The position numbers and the translations under genes are program-made. DNA of 54,873 nt, from positions 1-54,873 of the forward strand of contig CABSMZ010000001.1 of assembly GCA_902478875.1 (NCBI GenBank). The letters run 5' to 3'. The stretch comes from an uncultured Collinsella sp. Lineage in GTDB: Bacteria; Actinomycetota; Coriobacteriia; Coriobacteriales; Coriobacteriaceae. Below, one piece after another: positions 10,689 through 20,424 of the stretch (the stretch's first letter is position 1; each line of letters begins with the position of its first letter). A model generated the notes under the pieces. It was given only the letters and a program-made list of their open reading frames with translations. It searched no databases and had not been told where the DNA came from.

Positions 10689-12337
10689 TGAAGGCGATCT
10701 GGCTTGCGTGCTGCGCGTGCGGCGATTACGGGCTGTTGCAGCGGGAAGTCGAGGGCCGTGATGCGGGTGCACAGGTGCTTCGCGTGGGTGACCTGGACGG
10801 GCTGGTTTCCATGGCGCGGGCGTTTCCGTCGCGCCGCGGGGCTGCCATCATCGCGGCGTCTCTGTTTGATACCGAAGATGTGCGCAAGACTGTTGCGCGC
10901 CTGACGGCCGAAGGCCGCGTGAGTCGCGTGGTCGTGTTGATAGAAGCGCTCGATCCGTCGGATATCGAGGGGCTGTTTCGCGCGGGGGCGACCGAGGTCA
11001 TCGCTGCACACAGAATATGCGGCAACGGGCGCGCGGGCGAGGGAGCGGTTGATTCCGATCGGCGCATGACGATTGAGCCCGATGCTTTTGTTGATAGGGA
11101 ACCCGGGGCGCCTCGCGCTACAAGAGGCCCGCGTGTTGATGATTATGGAAAAGCGGAAGCCGAGCATGGTCGGCGCCCCCGGAACCCCCTTGTATACGAT
11201 GACGCTGGAGGGCCGGCGCAGCATGCTGGCGACTCCCCGGCAGTAGATATGGGATACGTGCACGGCGTGAATCTGGCGGATGAACTCGACGAAGTTGAGG
11301 GCCTTGCCGGGTGCGGCGAGTTGTCGCTGATGCAGCATGAGCAGATTGCGCAGAACGAGCCTGCTTCGCAGACCGAACAAGCAGCCATGCCGGCTTGGAC
11401 GCAGCACGTGGTTGCGGCGGGGGAGACGGGGACGCTGTCACCGACGCCCGCCCCGCCGCCTCCGATGCCGCCGGCAGACGCTACCGCTCCGCCGCATCGA
11501 GCTCCAGTCATCTGCGCTATTTCGGGTTCGGGCGGTTGCGGCAAGTCGACGATCGTTGCCGCCATGGCACACACATCGTCGCTGTTGGGCTTGCGTGCCG
11601 CCGTGCTCGACCTGGACCTGATGTTTGGAAACCTTTACGACTTGTTAGGCGTCGATGCTCCGCGCGATATGGCGGCACTTATCGAGCCATCGGCGGCGGG
11701 CGCGCTCACCGAGCCGGATATCGTAGCCACATCGATGCGCGTGGCGCCGGGCGTTACGCTCTGGGGTCCCGTCGCGGCGCCCGAGCAAGCCGAGCTCATG
11801 GCACGTCCGGTGGAGCTACTGCTTGATGTCCTGCGTCGCGAATCCGACGTGGTCTTTATCGATACCTCGGTCTTTTGGGGCGACGCCGTGGCGGCTGCGG
11901 TGGCGGCGAGCGACCGTTGCCTGGTCGTTGGCGATGCGGCGGTGTCGTCCGCGGCATCGGCGTCGCGCGTCATTGAACTGGCAAGTCGAGTAGGTGTGCC
12001 GCGCACGCGTATGAGCGCCGTGTTCAACCGGTTCGGTGCGCGCGGGGCAGACGAGGACGTCGCTATGCGCTTTGAGATTGCCTGTGCGTTGAGCTCCAAG
12101 ATTCGTATCGCCGATGGCGGGCAGGATCTCGCCGCGCTCATGGCGTTTGGGCGTGCTGACGAGGCAGTGGGGCAGACCAGCGCTTTTGCGACCAGCGTGC
12201 GCGAGGCCACGCGCGAGATGCTCGTGGAACTGGGGTGCGCCGTCGGCCCTTGGAGCGATATGGTCGCCGACCGTGCAATGCGCACCGAACGCCCGCGTAT
12301 CCGCCTTCCCTGGTCGCACGAGGGTGATCAGCGATGA
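10688..12337 (+). CDS. CpaE/TadZ-like ParA/MinD-family ATPase with receiver-like N-terminus and long Pro-rich linker
   Basis: GSGGCGKS Walker A, LDLD and FIDT motifs; position between cpaB and the CpaF ATPase. Confidence 0.75.
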   Translation: MKAIWLACCACGDYGLLQREVEGRDAGAQVLRVGDLDGLVSMARAFPSRRGAAIIAASLFDTEDVRKTVARLTAEGRVSRVVVLIEALDPSDIEGLFRAGATEVIAAHRICGNGRAGEGAVDSDRRMTIEPDAFVDREPGAPRATRGPRVDDYGKAEAEHGRRPRNPLVYDDAGGPAQHAGDSPAVDMGYVHGVNLADELDEVEGLAGCGELSLMQHEQIAQNEPASQTEQAAMPAWTQHVVAAGETGTLSPTPAPPPPMPPADATAPPHRAPVICAISGSGGCGKSTIVAAMAHTSSLLGLRAAVLDLDLMFGNLYDLLGVDAPRDMAALIEPSAAGALTEPDIVATSMRVAPGVTLWGPVAAPEQAELMARPVELLLDVLRRESDVVFIDTSVFWGDAVAAAVAASDRCLVVGDAAVSSAASASRVIELASRVGVPRTRMSAVFNRFGARGADEDVAMRFEIACALSSKIRIADGGQDLAALMAFGRADEAVGQTSAFATSVREATREMLVELGCAVGPWSDMVADRAMRTERPRIRLPWSHEGDQR

Positions 12338-13662
12338 GCCTGCAAACGAGGATTAAGGCTGCCGGCGCTGCGGCGGCGGCAGCGCCTGTAGATGCGGGGC
12401 GTCGCCGCGCCGTGAAACGACGCACCAAGCGCGCCGTGATGGACCGCATGGGTTACGACGAAGTGGCGCGTATCAGCGCCTATATCGACCCGGCACTTGC
12501 CCGCTCGGAATTGCGTCCTGCGGTGGAGGCGGCGCTCAATGTTGAGGAGCCGACCGATCTCGCGACGCCCGAGCGCGAGGCCATCATCGACGAGATTTTG
12601 GATGACGTGGTGGGCTTGGGGCCGTTGCAGCCGCTCATCGAGGACGACACCGTTACCGAGATCATGATCAACGGCTGCCGCTCGGCTTTCTTTGAACGCG
12701 GCGGCGTCTTGTACCCCATCGAGCATGCGTTTGAGGATGATGAGCAGATCCGTGTGCTTATCGACCGCATTATCTCGCCACTTGGCCGCCGTATCGACGA
12801 GCGCAGCCCCATCGTCAACGCCCGCCTTAAAACGGGCTATCGCGTCAACGCGGTGATTCCGCCTGTGGCGATTGACGGACCGATTCTCACCATCCGAAAG
12901 TTCTCGGACCGTATCTGCTCGCTGGACGAGCTCGTGGGGTTGGGATCGCTGCCGCTTTGGTATGCGCAGCTGCTGTCGTGTGCGGTGTCGCTGCGACAGG
13001 ACTTGGCGGTTGCGGGAGGCACGGGATCTGGTAAGACCACCCTGCTCAACGCGTTGTCATGTGAGATTTCCACCGGCGAGCGCATCGTGACGATCGAGGA
13101 CTCTGCCGAGCTCAAGTTTGCGCATCATCCGCACGTGGTGCGCCTAGAGGCGCGCGAGGCTTCAATTGAGGGCGAGGGCGCGGTGACGATCCGCGACCTG
13201 GTGACTAATGCCCTGCGCATGCGCCCCGACCGCATCGTGGTGGGCGAGGTGCGCGGTGCCGAGTGCTGCGACATGTTGCAGGCCATGAACACGGGCCACG
13301 ACGGGTCGCTCACCACGCTTCATGCGGGTTCAGAACAGGAGACCGTGGTGCGTCTGACGTTGCTTGCACGTTATGGCATCGATCTGCCGAGCGAGCTCAT
13401 CGAGGAGCAGATTGCCATGGCACTCGACGGTATCGTGATGTCCGAGCGCCACGCCGATGGCAGGCGCTTCGTCTCCTCGTATTCGGGGGTGCGACGCGCC
13501 GCATCGGGCGGCGTAGAGCTCGAGCGCTATGTGACGTTCGATGCCGCCGAGCGCACCTGGACGCTTGACCGCGAGCCGCCGTTTATCGCAGAAGGCCTGC
13601 GGTCGGGGACGCTCACACAAGAGGAGGTGGACGAATGGAGATCACTGTGCCCCTCGTCGTAG
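12334..13662 (+). CDS. tadA: Flp pilus assembly ATPase CpaF/TadA
   Basis: [38 protein letters not shown] and AMNTGHDGS motifs. Confidence 0.93.
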
Positions 13663-14561
13663 GGGGCTTGGCAGGGCTTTCTGTCGCGACGGCGTGCGGG
13701 GCGGAACCTCGTGTGCCGCAGGTACCGCCGGCGGAGCTGGCACGTCAGGCGCTCGAGACGGTGGCAGAGAAGCTGCCGCGTGAGCTGGTGGAAAACGATC
13801 TGCTGAAAAAGATCGCCCGTTCGTGGGCATCGCTGGCTCCGGCGCATCGCCTTGGCCTCGTGATCGAAGATGCTTCGGGACGTTTGGCGTTTCTGCTGCT
13901 ATCGAGCGGTGTCTGCTGCGTTTTACTAACGATGGTGTCGTTATCGCCCCTCGGATTTGCCTTGGGACTTGTTGCTCCGTTTGCCGTTGGTGCCGCCCGG
14001 GATGGCTTTGAGAGCCGGCGCGAGCAACACGATGCAGAAGAGGCGATGCCCGAGGCGTTTACCGCACTTTCCATGTCGCTTGCCTCGGGACATTCGCTGG
14101 CCCAGGGCATGCGCTTTGTGGGCGCTCATGCGCAAGAGCCAGTGCATACCGAGTTTTTGCGGGTGGCGGCGGCGATCGATTGCGGCATCTCGGCGACCGA
14201 CGCGCTCGATGACTTGCTCGTACGTATCGACGCCCCCGGTCTTTCGCTTGTGACCTTGGCGCTTAAGGTGTCTCAGCGCACCGGCGCTCCGCTTGCCGAC
14301 TTACTGTCCGAGGCGTCGAGCATGGTGGGGGAGCGCATTGAGCTCAAGCGCCGCCTGGATGTTAAGACGTCGCAGGCTCGCATGTCTGCGCATATGGTCG
14401 CGGCGATGCCGGCGGGCATGTGCGCGGTGTTGGCGCTGCTTTCGGCAGATTTTCGTCGCGGTCTTGCGACGCCTGCCGGCGCGGGCGCTGTGGTGCTGGG
14501 TCTTGCCCTCAACGCCGTTGCCCTGGTGGTTATCCGGCGCATTATGCGGGTGGAGCTATGA
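13635..14561 (+). CDS. tadB: TadB-like T2SSF-family inner membrane platform protein
   Basis: PEAF...SLASGHSL, TGAPLA and KTSQAR motifs; several TM segments; follows tadA. Confidence 0.8.
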   Translation: MEITVPLVVGGLAGLSVATACGAEPRVPQVPPAELARQALETVAEKLPRELVENDLLKKIARSWASLAPAHRLGLVIEDASGRLAFLLLSSGVCCVLLTMVSLSPLGFALGLVAPFAVGAARDGFESRREQHDAEEAMPEAFTALSMSLASGHSLAQGMRFVGAHAQEPVHTEFLRVAAAIDCGISATDALDDLLVRIDAPGLSLVTLALKVSQRTGAPLADLLSEASSMVGERIELKRRLDVKTSQARMSAHMVAAMPAGMCAVLALLSADFRRGLATPAGAGAVVLGLALNAVALVVIRRIMRVEL

Positions 14562-15199
14562 GCGCCTCGGTTGCAGTTGCGGCTTGCCTGTGCGCCCTGA
14601 GTGTATTTGTCGCGACGGGTTTTGATCGGGCGGATGCACGCAAGATCGCAGGGGCCTGCAAGCGCGAGGCGGTGCTGGTCGCTGCCGCGGGTCGCTCGGT
14701 GGTCGATGCTCTGACCGCGCGAGTGAAGGGCGCGGTTGGAGCGGGCGGCCCGGCGCGAGTGTCGCTCGGCGAAGTGTCCGAGATGATCGATGTTGTGCGC
14801 TTGGGTCTTTCGGCCGGTCTTTCGTTTGATGCGGCGCTTGAGATTTTCTGCGCCAACCGCCGGTCAGTGCTGGCTCTTCGCCTTGAGCGCGCCTGCATGG
14901 CGTGGCAGGTGGGCGTGGGCACGCGTGAGGACGAGTTGTTGGCCGCCGCGCGCGACCTGGACGTGCGAGCGCTCGAGACCTTTGCCATCACGGTGGGGCA
15001 GGCGCTCGCCCTGGGTGCCCCACTTGCCGAGACGCTGGCCGCTCAAAGTCGCGAGATCCGTGCGGCTCATCGCGCCGCGGTCGAGCGCGAGATCGAGCGT
15101 GCGCCCGTCAAGCTGTTGATTCCCACCGGCACGCTCATCTTGCCGGCGTTGCTTCTGTCCATATTGGGCCCGCTGCTGGGAGCAGGCGGGATGATGTAG
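14558..15199 (+). CDS. tadC: TadC-like T2SSF-family protein
   Basis: GLSAGLSFDAAL, LGAPLAETL and APVKLLIP..LILPA motifs; ATGA overlap with tadB. Confidence 0.8.
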   Translation: MSASVAVAACLCALSVFVATGFDRADARKIAGACKREAVLVAAAGRSVVDALTARVKGAVGAGGPARVSLGEVSEMIDVVRLGLSAGLSFDAALEIFCANRRSVLALRLERACMAWQVGVGTREDELLAAARDLDVRALETFAITVGQALALGAPLAETLAAQSREIRAAHRAAVEREIERAPVKLLIPTGTLILPALLLSILGPLLGAGGMM

Positions 15200-15209
15200 G
15201 GAGGAATAC

Positions 15210-15443
15210 ATGAACACGATGGTCGAAGTTGCTGACAAGGCTTGGAGCTGGGCTTTTTGCCGGGCGATTCACACTCGCCAGCATGCCAAGGAGCTGTTGC
15301 AGGAGGAGAGCGCGCAGGGTACCACCGAGTACGCCATTTTAGTGGGCGTACTTGTGGTGATCGCGATTATTGCCATCGTTGCATTTAAAGGCAAGGTTAA
15401 AGAGCTATGGGATGCGATCAGCGAGGGCATCAACAGCCTGTAG
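15210..15443 (+). CDS. Flp major pilin
   Basis: 77 aa; EESAQGTTEYAILVGVLVVIAIIAIVAF Flp motif; RBS GGAGG. Confidence 0.85.
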   Translation: MNTMVEVADKAWSWAFCRAIHTRQHAKELLQEESAQGTTEYAILVGVLVVIAIIAIVAFKGKVKELWDAISEGINSL

Positions 15444-15970
15444 AGGGCGAGCGCCCCATCGGGGTGCTGCTGGTGTTTGCTTGCCTGACCGTGGCGATAG
15501 CGGCGGTGCTTTGGGGGCTTAACGCCGCGCGGCAGCAGCGTCCTGGGACCGCCTCCGATTTGGGCTCAGATTCGGCGGTGGCGTCTCAAAAAGATGAGAT
15601 GCGAGATGCGGACGATTCGGATGTCGCTGTCACGGCGCAAACCTTTCTGCGGACGCTCGACAAGCGGTCTGGCACTGCGACGGATTCGCCTGAGGGCAAC
15701 GCGATTGCGGTCCGGCTTGCATGGTCCGAGGACCGACCGATGACCGAAGCGGCGGCGGATATGCTGCGTGCCTATCGCGAGGTACCCACGGCGCAACTTG
15801 CTCTGAGCGGCTATCTCGACATCAAGGGAAACGTGTGGGGCGCCATCGTGCGCGACGGACGCGGCTGGGTCGATATGGTGACAATTGCCGCGGATGCTGG
15901 CGATGCTTCGTGTCGTCTGCGCGCCGTGCGCCTGAGCCCGCAGGCAACGGACTCAAAGGAGGGATCGTGA
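15407..15970 (+). CDS. Hypothetical membrane-anchored Tad-cluster protein (start uncertain)
   Basis: Single N-terminal TM (IGVLLVFACLTVAIAAVLWGL); fills the gap between pilin genes in the operon. Confidence 0.6.
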   Translation: MGCDQRGHQQPVEGERPIGVLLVFACLTVAIAAVLWGLNAARQQRPGTASDLGSDSAVASQKDEMRDADDSDVAVTAQTFLRTLDKRSGTATDSPEGNAIAVRLAWSEDRPMTEAAADMLRAYREVPTAQLALSGYLDIKGNVWGAIVRDGRGWVDMVTIAADAGDASCRLRAVRLSPQATDSKEGS

Positions 15971-15971
15971 A

Positions 15972-16190
15972 ATGCATGATGTCCTGCGTGAGGAATCTGC
16001 CCAGGCGACGGTCGAATACGCCATCGTCACGGTGGCGCTGTTATCGATCGTGCTGGCGATCGCGGGACTTTGGCGTGCCGGCACCGATGGGCGCTTGGCG
16101 GCGCTGGTTGAGCGGGCGGCATCTCATGGCGTTGCCTCGACGTCGGTTATCGACGCCGCTGCGGCCGCTAAGGACATCGCGTTGTATTGA
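15972..16190 (+). CDS. Small Flp/TadE-like minor pilin
   Basis: EESAQATVEYAIVTVALLSIVLAI; RBS AAGGAGG. Confidence 0.75.
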   Translation: MHDVLREESAQATVEYAIVTVALLSIVLAIAGLWRAGTDGRLAALVERAASHGVASTSVIDAAAAAKDIALY

Positions 16191-16662
16191 TGCCGCGCGC
16201 GAGGACCGGGCGCAGTCTACGGTCGAGGCCGCTTTTTTGCTGCCGACGTTTCTGACACTCATCCTTCTCGCGCTGCAACCGGTGTGCCTGCTCTATACGC
16301 GCGCGGTCATGGAGTCTGCCGCCGCCGAGACCGCGCGGCTCATGACCACGACGACGGCGGAGGACGACGATCTTAAGGAGTTCGCCCGCCGCCGACTTGC
16401 CGCAGTGCCCAACGTTTCGATCTTTCATGCCGGCGGGCCGTTGTCGTGGGATATCGAGCTTGGCCGGGCCGGTGCGGGTGGCGTCTCGTCCGTGTCCGTT
16501 TCCGGCGAGGTCAAGCCGTTGCCTGTGATCGGTGCGTTTGCGCAGGCTATGGGTGGTACCGCCGAGGGCGGCTACGTTGAGCTCAAGGTCGATGTCTCGT
16601 ATCAATCGCGTCCCGAATGGCTGGAGGGAGATTATGATTCGTGGATTGCTGCATGGGATTAA
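16126..16662 (+). CDS. TadE-like minor pilin (start uncertain)
   Basis: EDRAQSTVEAAFLLP...AAAETAR TadE motif; nearest in-frame ATG is 16126. Confidence 0.7.
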   Translation: MALPRRRLSTPLRPLRTSRCIDAAREDRAQSTVEAAFLLPTFLTLILLALQPVCLLYTRAVMESAAAETARLMTTTTAEDDDLKEFARRRLAAVPNVSIFHAGGPLSWDIELGRAGAGGVSSVSVSGEVKPLPVIGAFAQAMGGTAEGGYVELKVDVSYQSRPEWLEGDYDSWIAAWD

Positions 16663-18787
16663 GCGTTTCTGGTCTAGACGCGTTTTGACGCACCGTCCGA
16701 GCTGCCATCGCAAGCGAGGCGGCTTTATGGGTCGAGCCGGTGTCGATCTGTTTATCGAAGACGGCGCCTATACCACGCTTTCTTCTGCCGTGGTCATCCT
16801 AGTGGTGCTCACATTGTTGTTTTCGTCGACCGCGGCGATATGGAGCATGTCGCGTGCCGGGGATACCCAGGTGGCGGCTGATAGTGGCGCGCTGGCGGGT
16901 GCCAACGTAGTGTCGTCCTATCACACGGCTGCCACGGTGGTTGATGCGAGCATCTTGAGTCTGGGGCTGGCGGGGTTTGCCACGATCGGGACGGGCCTGG
17001 TCGCCATCCTCATCCCGGGTGCCGAGCCGGTTGCCGGCAATATGGTCGACACCGGGATCGAGATCATTAAAACGCGCAACAAGTTTGCCAAAAGCGCATC
17101 GGAAGGCTTACAGAAAATCGAGACGGCCCTGCCGTATCTGATCGCCGCGCGTGCCACGCAGGCGGTGTCGGCGCAGGATACCGATAGTGTGACCTATACC
17201 GGTACGGCGCTTGCCGTGCCCAGGACATCCGAGTCTGACTTCGCTGCGCTCAAAGGGTCAGAGATCTCGACCGATACCATTAAAGACACATCAGATGATT
17301 TAGAGCGTGCGGCCGAGGAGCTGCGGAAGGCTTCTGAGGACACGGCGAAGGCTAAAGAGCGTGCTTGGCTGGCGGATTGTGGTGGGTCTGACAAGGGCTC
17401 GGTCGGCAGCTGTTCTTGCATGTGGGAGCGCGCGAAAAGCCTAACGGATCTTTCCGGTGTTCAAAATCCGCATTACTCATCGAGCGTTACGTGGGAGCCT
17501 CAAGTTGCCCTTGATCGCGCGAAGGACTACTACCATTGGCGTCTGACAAATGAGAAGCCCCAGGGCTCGAGTGTCGAGATGAAGGCAGAGTCTGCGGCGC
17601 GTAAGGCGTTTTATACCTATGCGAACGCGGAGGTCGATCGGGCATATATAACCGAGAACGGAGACAGGGTTTCCTCCTATATTCCGCTGCTGCCGCGCAA
17701 CTCTGATGAGGTTCGGGCGACGGAACTCTATACCGATGCGGTGTGGCCGACGAGCGTGAACGATGACAAGGCGTATCTGCATTACGGGACGACCTGCCCT
17801 AACTATAAGAAAGGGACGCCGAGCGGATTTGCTTCGGTTGCCGATTACGATGGACAGGATAAATGCAGCAAATGCCATTTTGGCGTTTTGTCGCTTGGTG
17901 CTGTTGCGGCGCCTTCAACCTCTATCGAAAACGGCTTCGAGTATCACTTTGACAAGTTTAAAGACGCCCTGGAGGACTACGTCGACTGTCGCAACAAGGA
18001 GCTCGAGCTCGAGCGTCAGACCGAGGACGAAGCCGACCGTGCGGGCAATGCGTTCGATACCGCCATCAAAGAACTTTCCGGTGAGCGCCCGCGTATCGCT
18101 CCGCCCGGTCGCAACGGCGTGGTTGCCTTTGCGGTTTCGGGTGCCATCTCGAGCTCCGATGAACTCAACTCTTCGTTTAACACGGCAGTCAGACTTGGCG
18201 ATCGCGGTGCCATCTCTGCCGCGGTGCTGGCGCCCGATGGGGCGACGGCGCAAAACAACGTGCTTTCGCGATTTTTCTCGACATTGAAGGAACGCTCGGG
18301 CGGCGTTGCCGGCGTGCTCGACGGCGTCATGGATGTCTGGGGACGGCTGCTTGTGGGATACGGAGACATCCAAGGTTCGGCCGACGAACTTATGGACGAG
18401 ATGATTAAAGGCCTAGGAGGGGGCAGCGGCGCGTTGGGCTCCATTGCATCGTGGCTCGGCGATACCGTTTCGGCGTCCGTGGCGGCGCTGGGTTTGGAAC
18501 CGTGCGACTTGCGCCTGCGAAAGCCGGTGCTGACCGATTCCGCCAACGTCATTAAGAGCCCGGGGTCTGACATCGCTGGCCTCTCTCAAGCGCAAGACAA
18601 ACTGCGAAGTATTCCGTTGGGCGTGACCGATCCCAAGGCGCTTTGCGAGGCGTTGGAATATCAAGTCGAACGCACCATCAGCGGTACGATGTTCACGCTT
18701 GCGGAGATTCCTCTGCCCGGCGGCGGCTCCATCCCGCTCACCGTCGATGTCGCCACGCTGGTTGGCGCTCTGGGCGGTGGGTCGTAA
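16634..18787 (+). CDS. Large TadG-like pilus-associated protein with Cys-rich central region
   Basis: EDGAYTTL plus TM, then QVAADSGALAGA (TadG N-terminal motif); ATG 16634 after GGAGGGAG. Confidence 0.65.
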   Translation: MIRGLLHGIKRFWSRRVLTHRPSCHRKRGGFMGRAGVDLFIEDGAYTTLSSAVVILVVLTLLFSSTAAIWSMSRAGDTQVAADSGALAGANVVSSYHTAATVVDASILSLGLAGFATIGTGLVAILIPGAEPVAGNMVDTGIEIIKTRNKFAKSASEGLQKIETALPYLIAARATQAVSAQDTDSVTYTGTALAVPRTSESDFAALKGSEISTDTIKDTSDDLERAAEELRKASEDTAKAKERAWLADCGGSDKGSVGSCSCMWERAKSLTDLSGVQNPHYSSSVTWEPQVALDRAKDYYHWRLTNEKPQGSSVEMKAESAARKAFYTYANAEVDRAYITENGDRVSSYIPLLPRNSDEVRATELYTDAVWPTSVNDDKAYLHYGTTCPNYKKGTPSGFASVADYDGQDKCSKCHFGVLSLGAVAAPSTSIENGFEYHFDKFKDALEDYVDCRNKELELERQTEDEADRAGNAFDTAIKELSGERPRIAPPGRNGVVAFAVSGAISSSDELNSSFNTAVRLGDRGAISAAVLAPDGATAQNNVLSRFFSTLKERSGGVAGVLDGVMDVWGRLLVGYGDIQGSADELMDEMIKGLGGGSGALGSIASWLGDTVSASVAALGLEPCDLRLRKPVLTDSANVIKSPGSDIAGLSQAQDKLRSIPLGVTDPKALCEALEYQVERTISGTMFTLAEIPLPGGGSIPLTVDVATLVGALGGGS

Positions 18788-19263
18788 TGAGTATCCGCAT
18801 GCGTCTGCGCGAGGAGCGCGCCCAAGCGACGGTGGAGATGGCAGTGGTTACGCCCGTTTTGCTGGTGCTGGCACTCATCGTGTACAACGTCATGATCTTT
18901 GCCAGCGCTGTCGCGCGCTTCGACCGCGTGGTGCCCGACATCGTGTTGGCGCACGCCGTGGCGTCGGAGGGGGAGGGCGACGAAAGCTCTGCCGATGCCT
19001 CGGCGACGGTTCAGACTCAAATTCTGAATGCCATGGAGGGCTATGACTTGCAGATCGAAGTGTCGAGCGAGCAAGGCGCGGAGGCATCGGATGGTGGCCT
19101 GCTCTCCCTATCCGGTACGTTTAGGACCTACACCTGCACCATGCACTATGAGCCTTGGCCGACTTCTCTCAGCATCGCTGGCGTTCCGCTGGGGGCGCCG
19201 ACAACGTTGTCGCACGAGCGCGCGGTGACGGTCGATCCATGGCGCCCGGGGGTGGTCATGTGA
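18787..19263 (+). CDS. TadE-like minor pilin
   Basis: EERAQATVEMAVVTPVLLVLAL; TAATG coupling to the upstream gene. Confidence 0.75.
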   Translation: MSIRMRLREERAQATVEMAVVTPVLLVLALIVYNVMIFASAVARFDRVVPDIVLAHAVASEGEGDESSADASATVQTQILNAMEGYDLQIEVSSEQGAEASDGGLLSLSGTFRTYTCTMHYEPWPTSLSIAGVPLGAPTTLSHERAVTVDPWRPGVVM

Positions 19264-19619
19264 CCGCGGTCTCGTCCTACATCGCCTACGCGCGGGCACT
19301 CAATAGGCTGGGTTGGACGCCGGCCGAGTTTGCGGTGGCGGAGTCGTTTGTCGTGCGCCTGCGCGGCATGCTGGGACGGCGTCCGGTTGCCGCCAACGGC
19401 CTGCCGCTCGTCATGGCGTTTCCACGCTGCTCTTCGGTCCACACGTGTTTTATGGCCTATCCCATCGACATCGCCTTTATCGATGCACGTGGCTATGTCC
19501 TCGTATGCTACGAAAACGTACGTCCCTGGCGTATGTGCTCCTGCCCCGGCGCCTGGGCCGTACTAGAGCGTCCTTCAATCATTGTTTCGACCCCTGCTCT
19601 CCAACGCGTGCCGGCTTAA
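19260..19619 (+). CDS. DUF192-family protein
   Basis: AESF..RLRGML, CSSVHTCFMAYPIDIAFID, V.PWR and VLE motifs; family often found in tad clusters. Confidence 0.75.
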   Translation: MTAVSSYIAYARALNRLGWTPAEFAVAESFVVRLRGMLGRRPVAANGLPLVMAFPRCSSVHTCFMAYPIDIAFIDARGYVLVCYENVRPWRMCSCPGAWAVLERPSIIVSTPALQRVPA

Positions 19620-19677
19620 GAATTGGCGACAGCGGACTTTCGTCATACGAAATTGGGTAAGATGGAGGAGAAGATGC

Positions 19678-19944
19678 ATGGATGTTGAGATCCATCCCAA
19701 CGCTAAAAAGCACCTGACGGAAAAGCAGGTGCTTAGCGCTTGGCTTGCGGTTACTGAGTGCATTCGTCGCGAGTCGAAGGACGAGCCGCCGAGATGGCTT
19801 GCGATTGGATGGCTCCCAGACGGACGAAGCGTGGAGCTTGTCGCGGTCGAGCTTGTCCGTGGGTGGCTTATCATTCATGCCTTGTCTCCAGTCCAGAAGA
19901 AATTTTGGCAGGAGATTGAACGGGCTCGGCAAAGGGGTCGATGA
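19678..19944 (+). CDS. Putative type II toxin (RelE/BrnT-like, 88 aa)
   Basis: IHPNAKKH...WLAIG..DGRSVELV...IIHAL pattern; basic C-terminus; ATGA overlap with an RHH gene. Confidence 0.55.
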   Translation: MDVEIHPNAKKHLTEKQVLSAWLAVTECIRRESKDEPPRWLAIGWLPDGRSVELVAVELVRGWLIIHALSPVQKKFWQEIERARQRGR

Positions 19945-20228
19945 TGGGCAAGACGTATACGGCCGCTAAAGGTCAGGTTGTAACGGATGAAATGATTGAC
20001 GCGTGGTGCGAGTCGTACGAGCGCGGAGAGTTTCCGGATGGCGAACATACCGTTGGTGGGATCGTGCATGGACGGCCCCCGCTCTCAGGTGAGGGGACGG
20101 CAACGTTGTCGGTCAAGATTCCTCTGGGAATGAAGGAGGCCATTCGTCGACGGGCGGCTGCCGAGGGGATGACGCCAAGTGAGTTTGCCCGTGCGGCTCT
20201 GAGCGAAAAACTTCTTGCTGCCGGCTGA
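19941..20228 (+). CDS. Putative antitoxin with C-terminal ribbon-helix-helix (CopG-like) domain
   Basis: GRPPL followed by LSVKIP..MKEAIRRRAAAEGMTPSEFARAAL. Confidence 0.65.
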   Translation: MMGKTYTAAKGQVVTDEMIDAWCESYERGEFPDGEHTVGGIVHGRPPLSGEGTATLSVKIPLGMKEAIRRRAAAEGMTPSEFARAALSEKLLAAG

Positions 20229-20291
20229 TGTCTCTGACGTGCCGATTTATAGAACCGAGGCTGTGCTCAAAAACTTTTTTAAAATTCTCGG

Positions 20292-20319
20292 TTGACCGGA
20301 ACGCGTCCTTGGTTATACT
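20292..20319 (+). promoter_or_regulatory. Sigma-70-type promoter of tRNA-Phe
   Basis: TTGACC-16 bp-TATACT with an AT-rich upstream tract. Confidence 0.7.
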
Positions 20320-20351
20320 AATCAAGCCTTGAAACAAGGCACACCTCAAAT

Positions 20352-20406
<55 letters not shown>

Positions 20407-20424
<18 letters not shown>

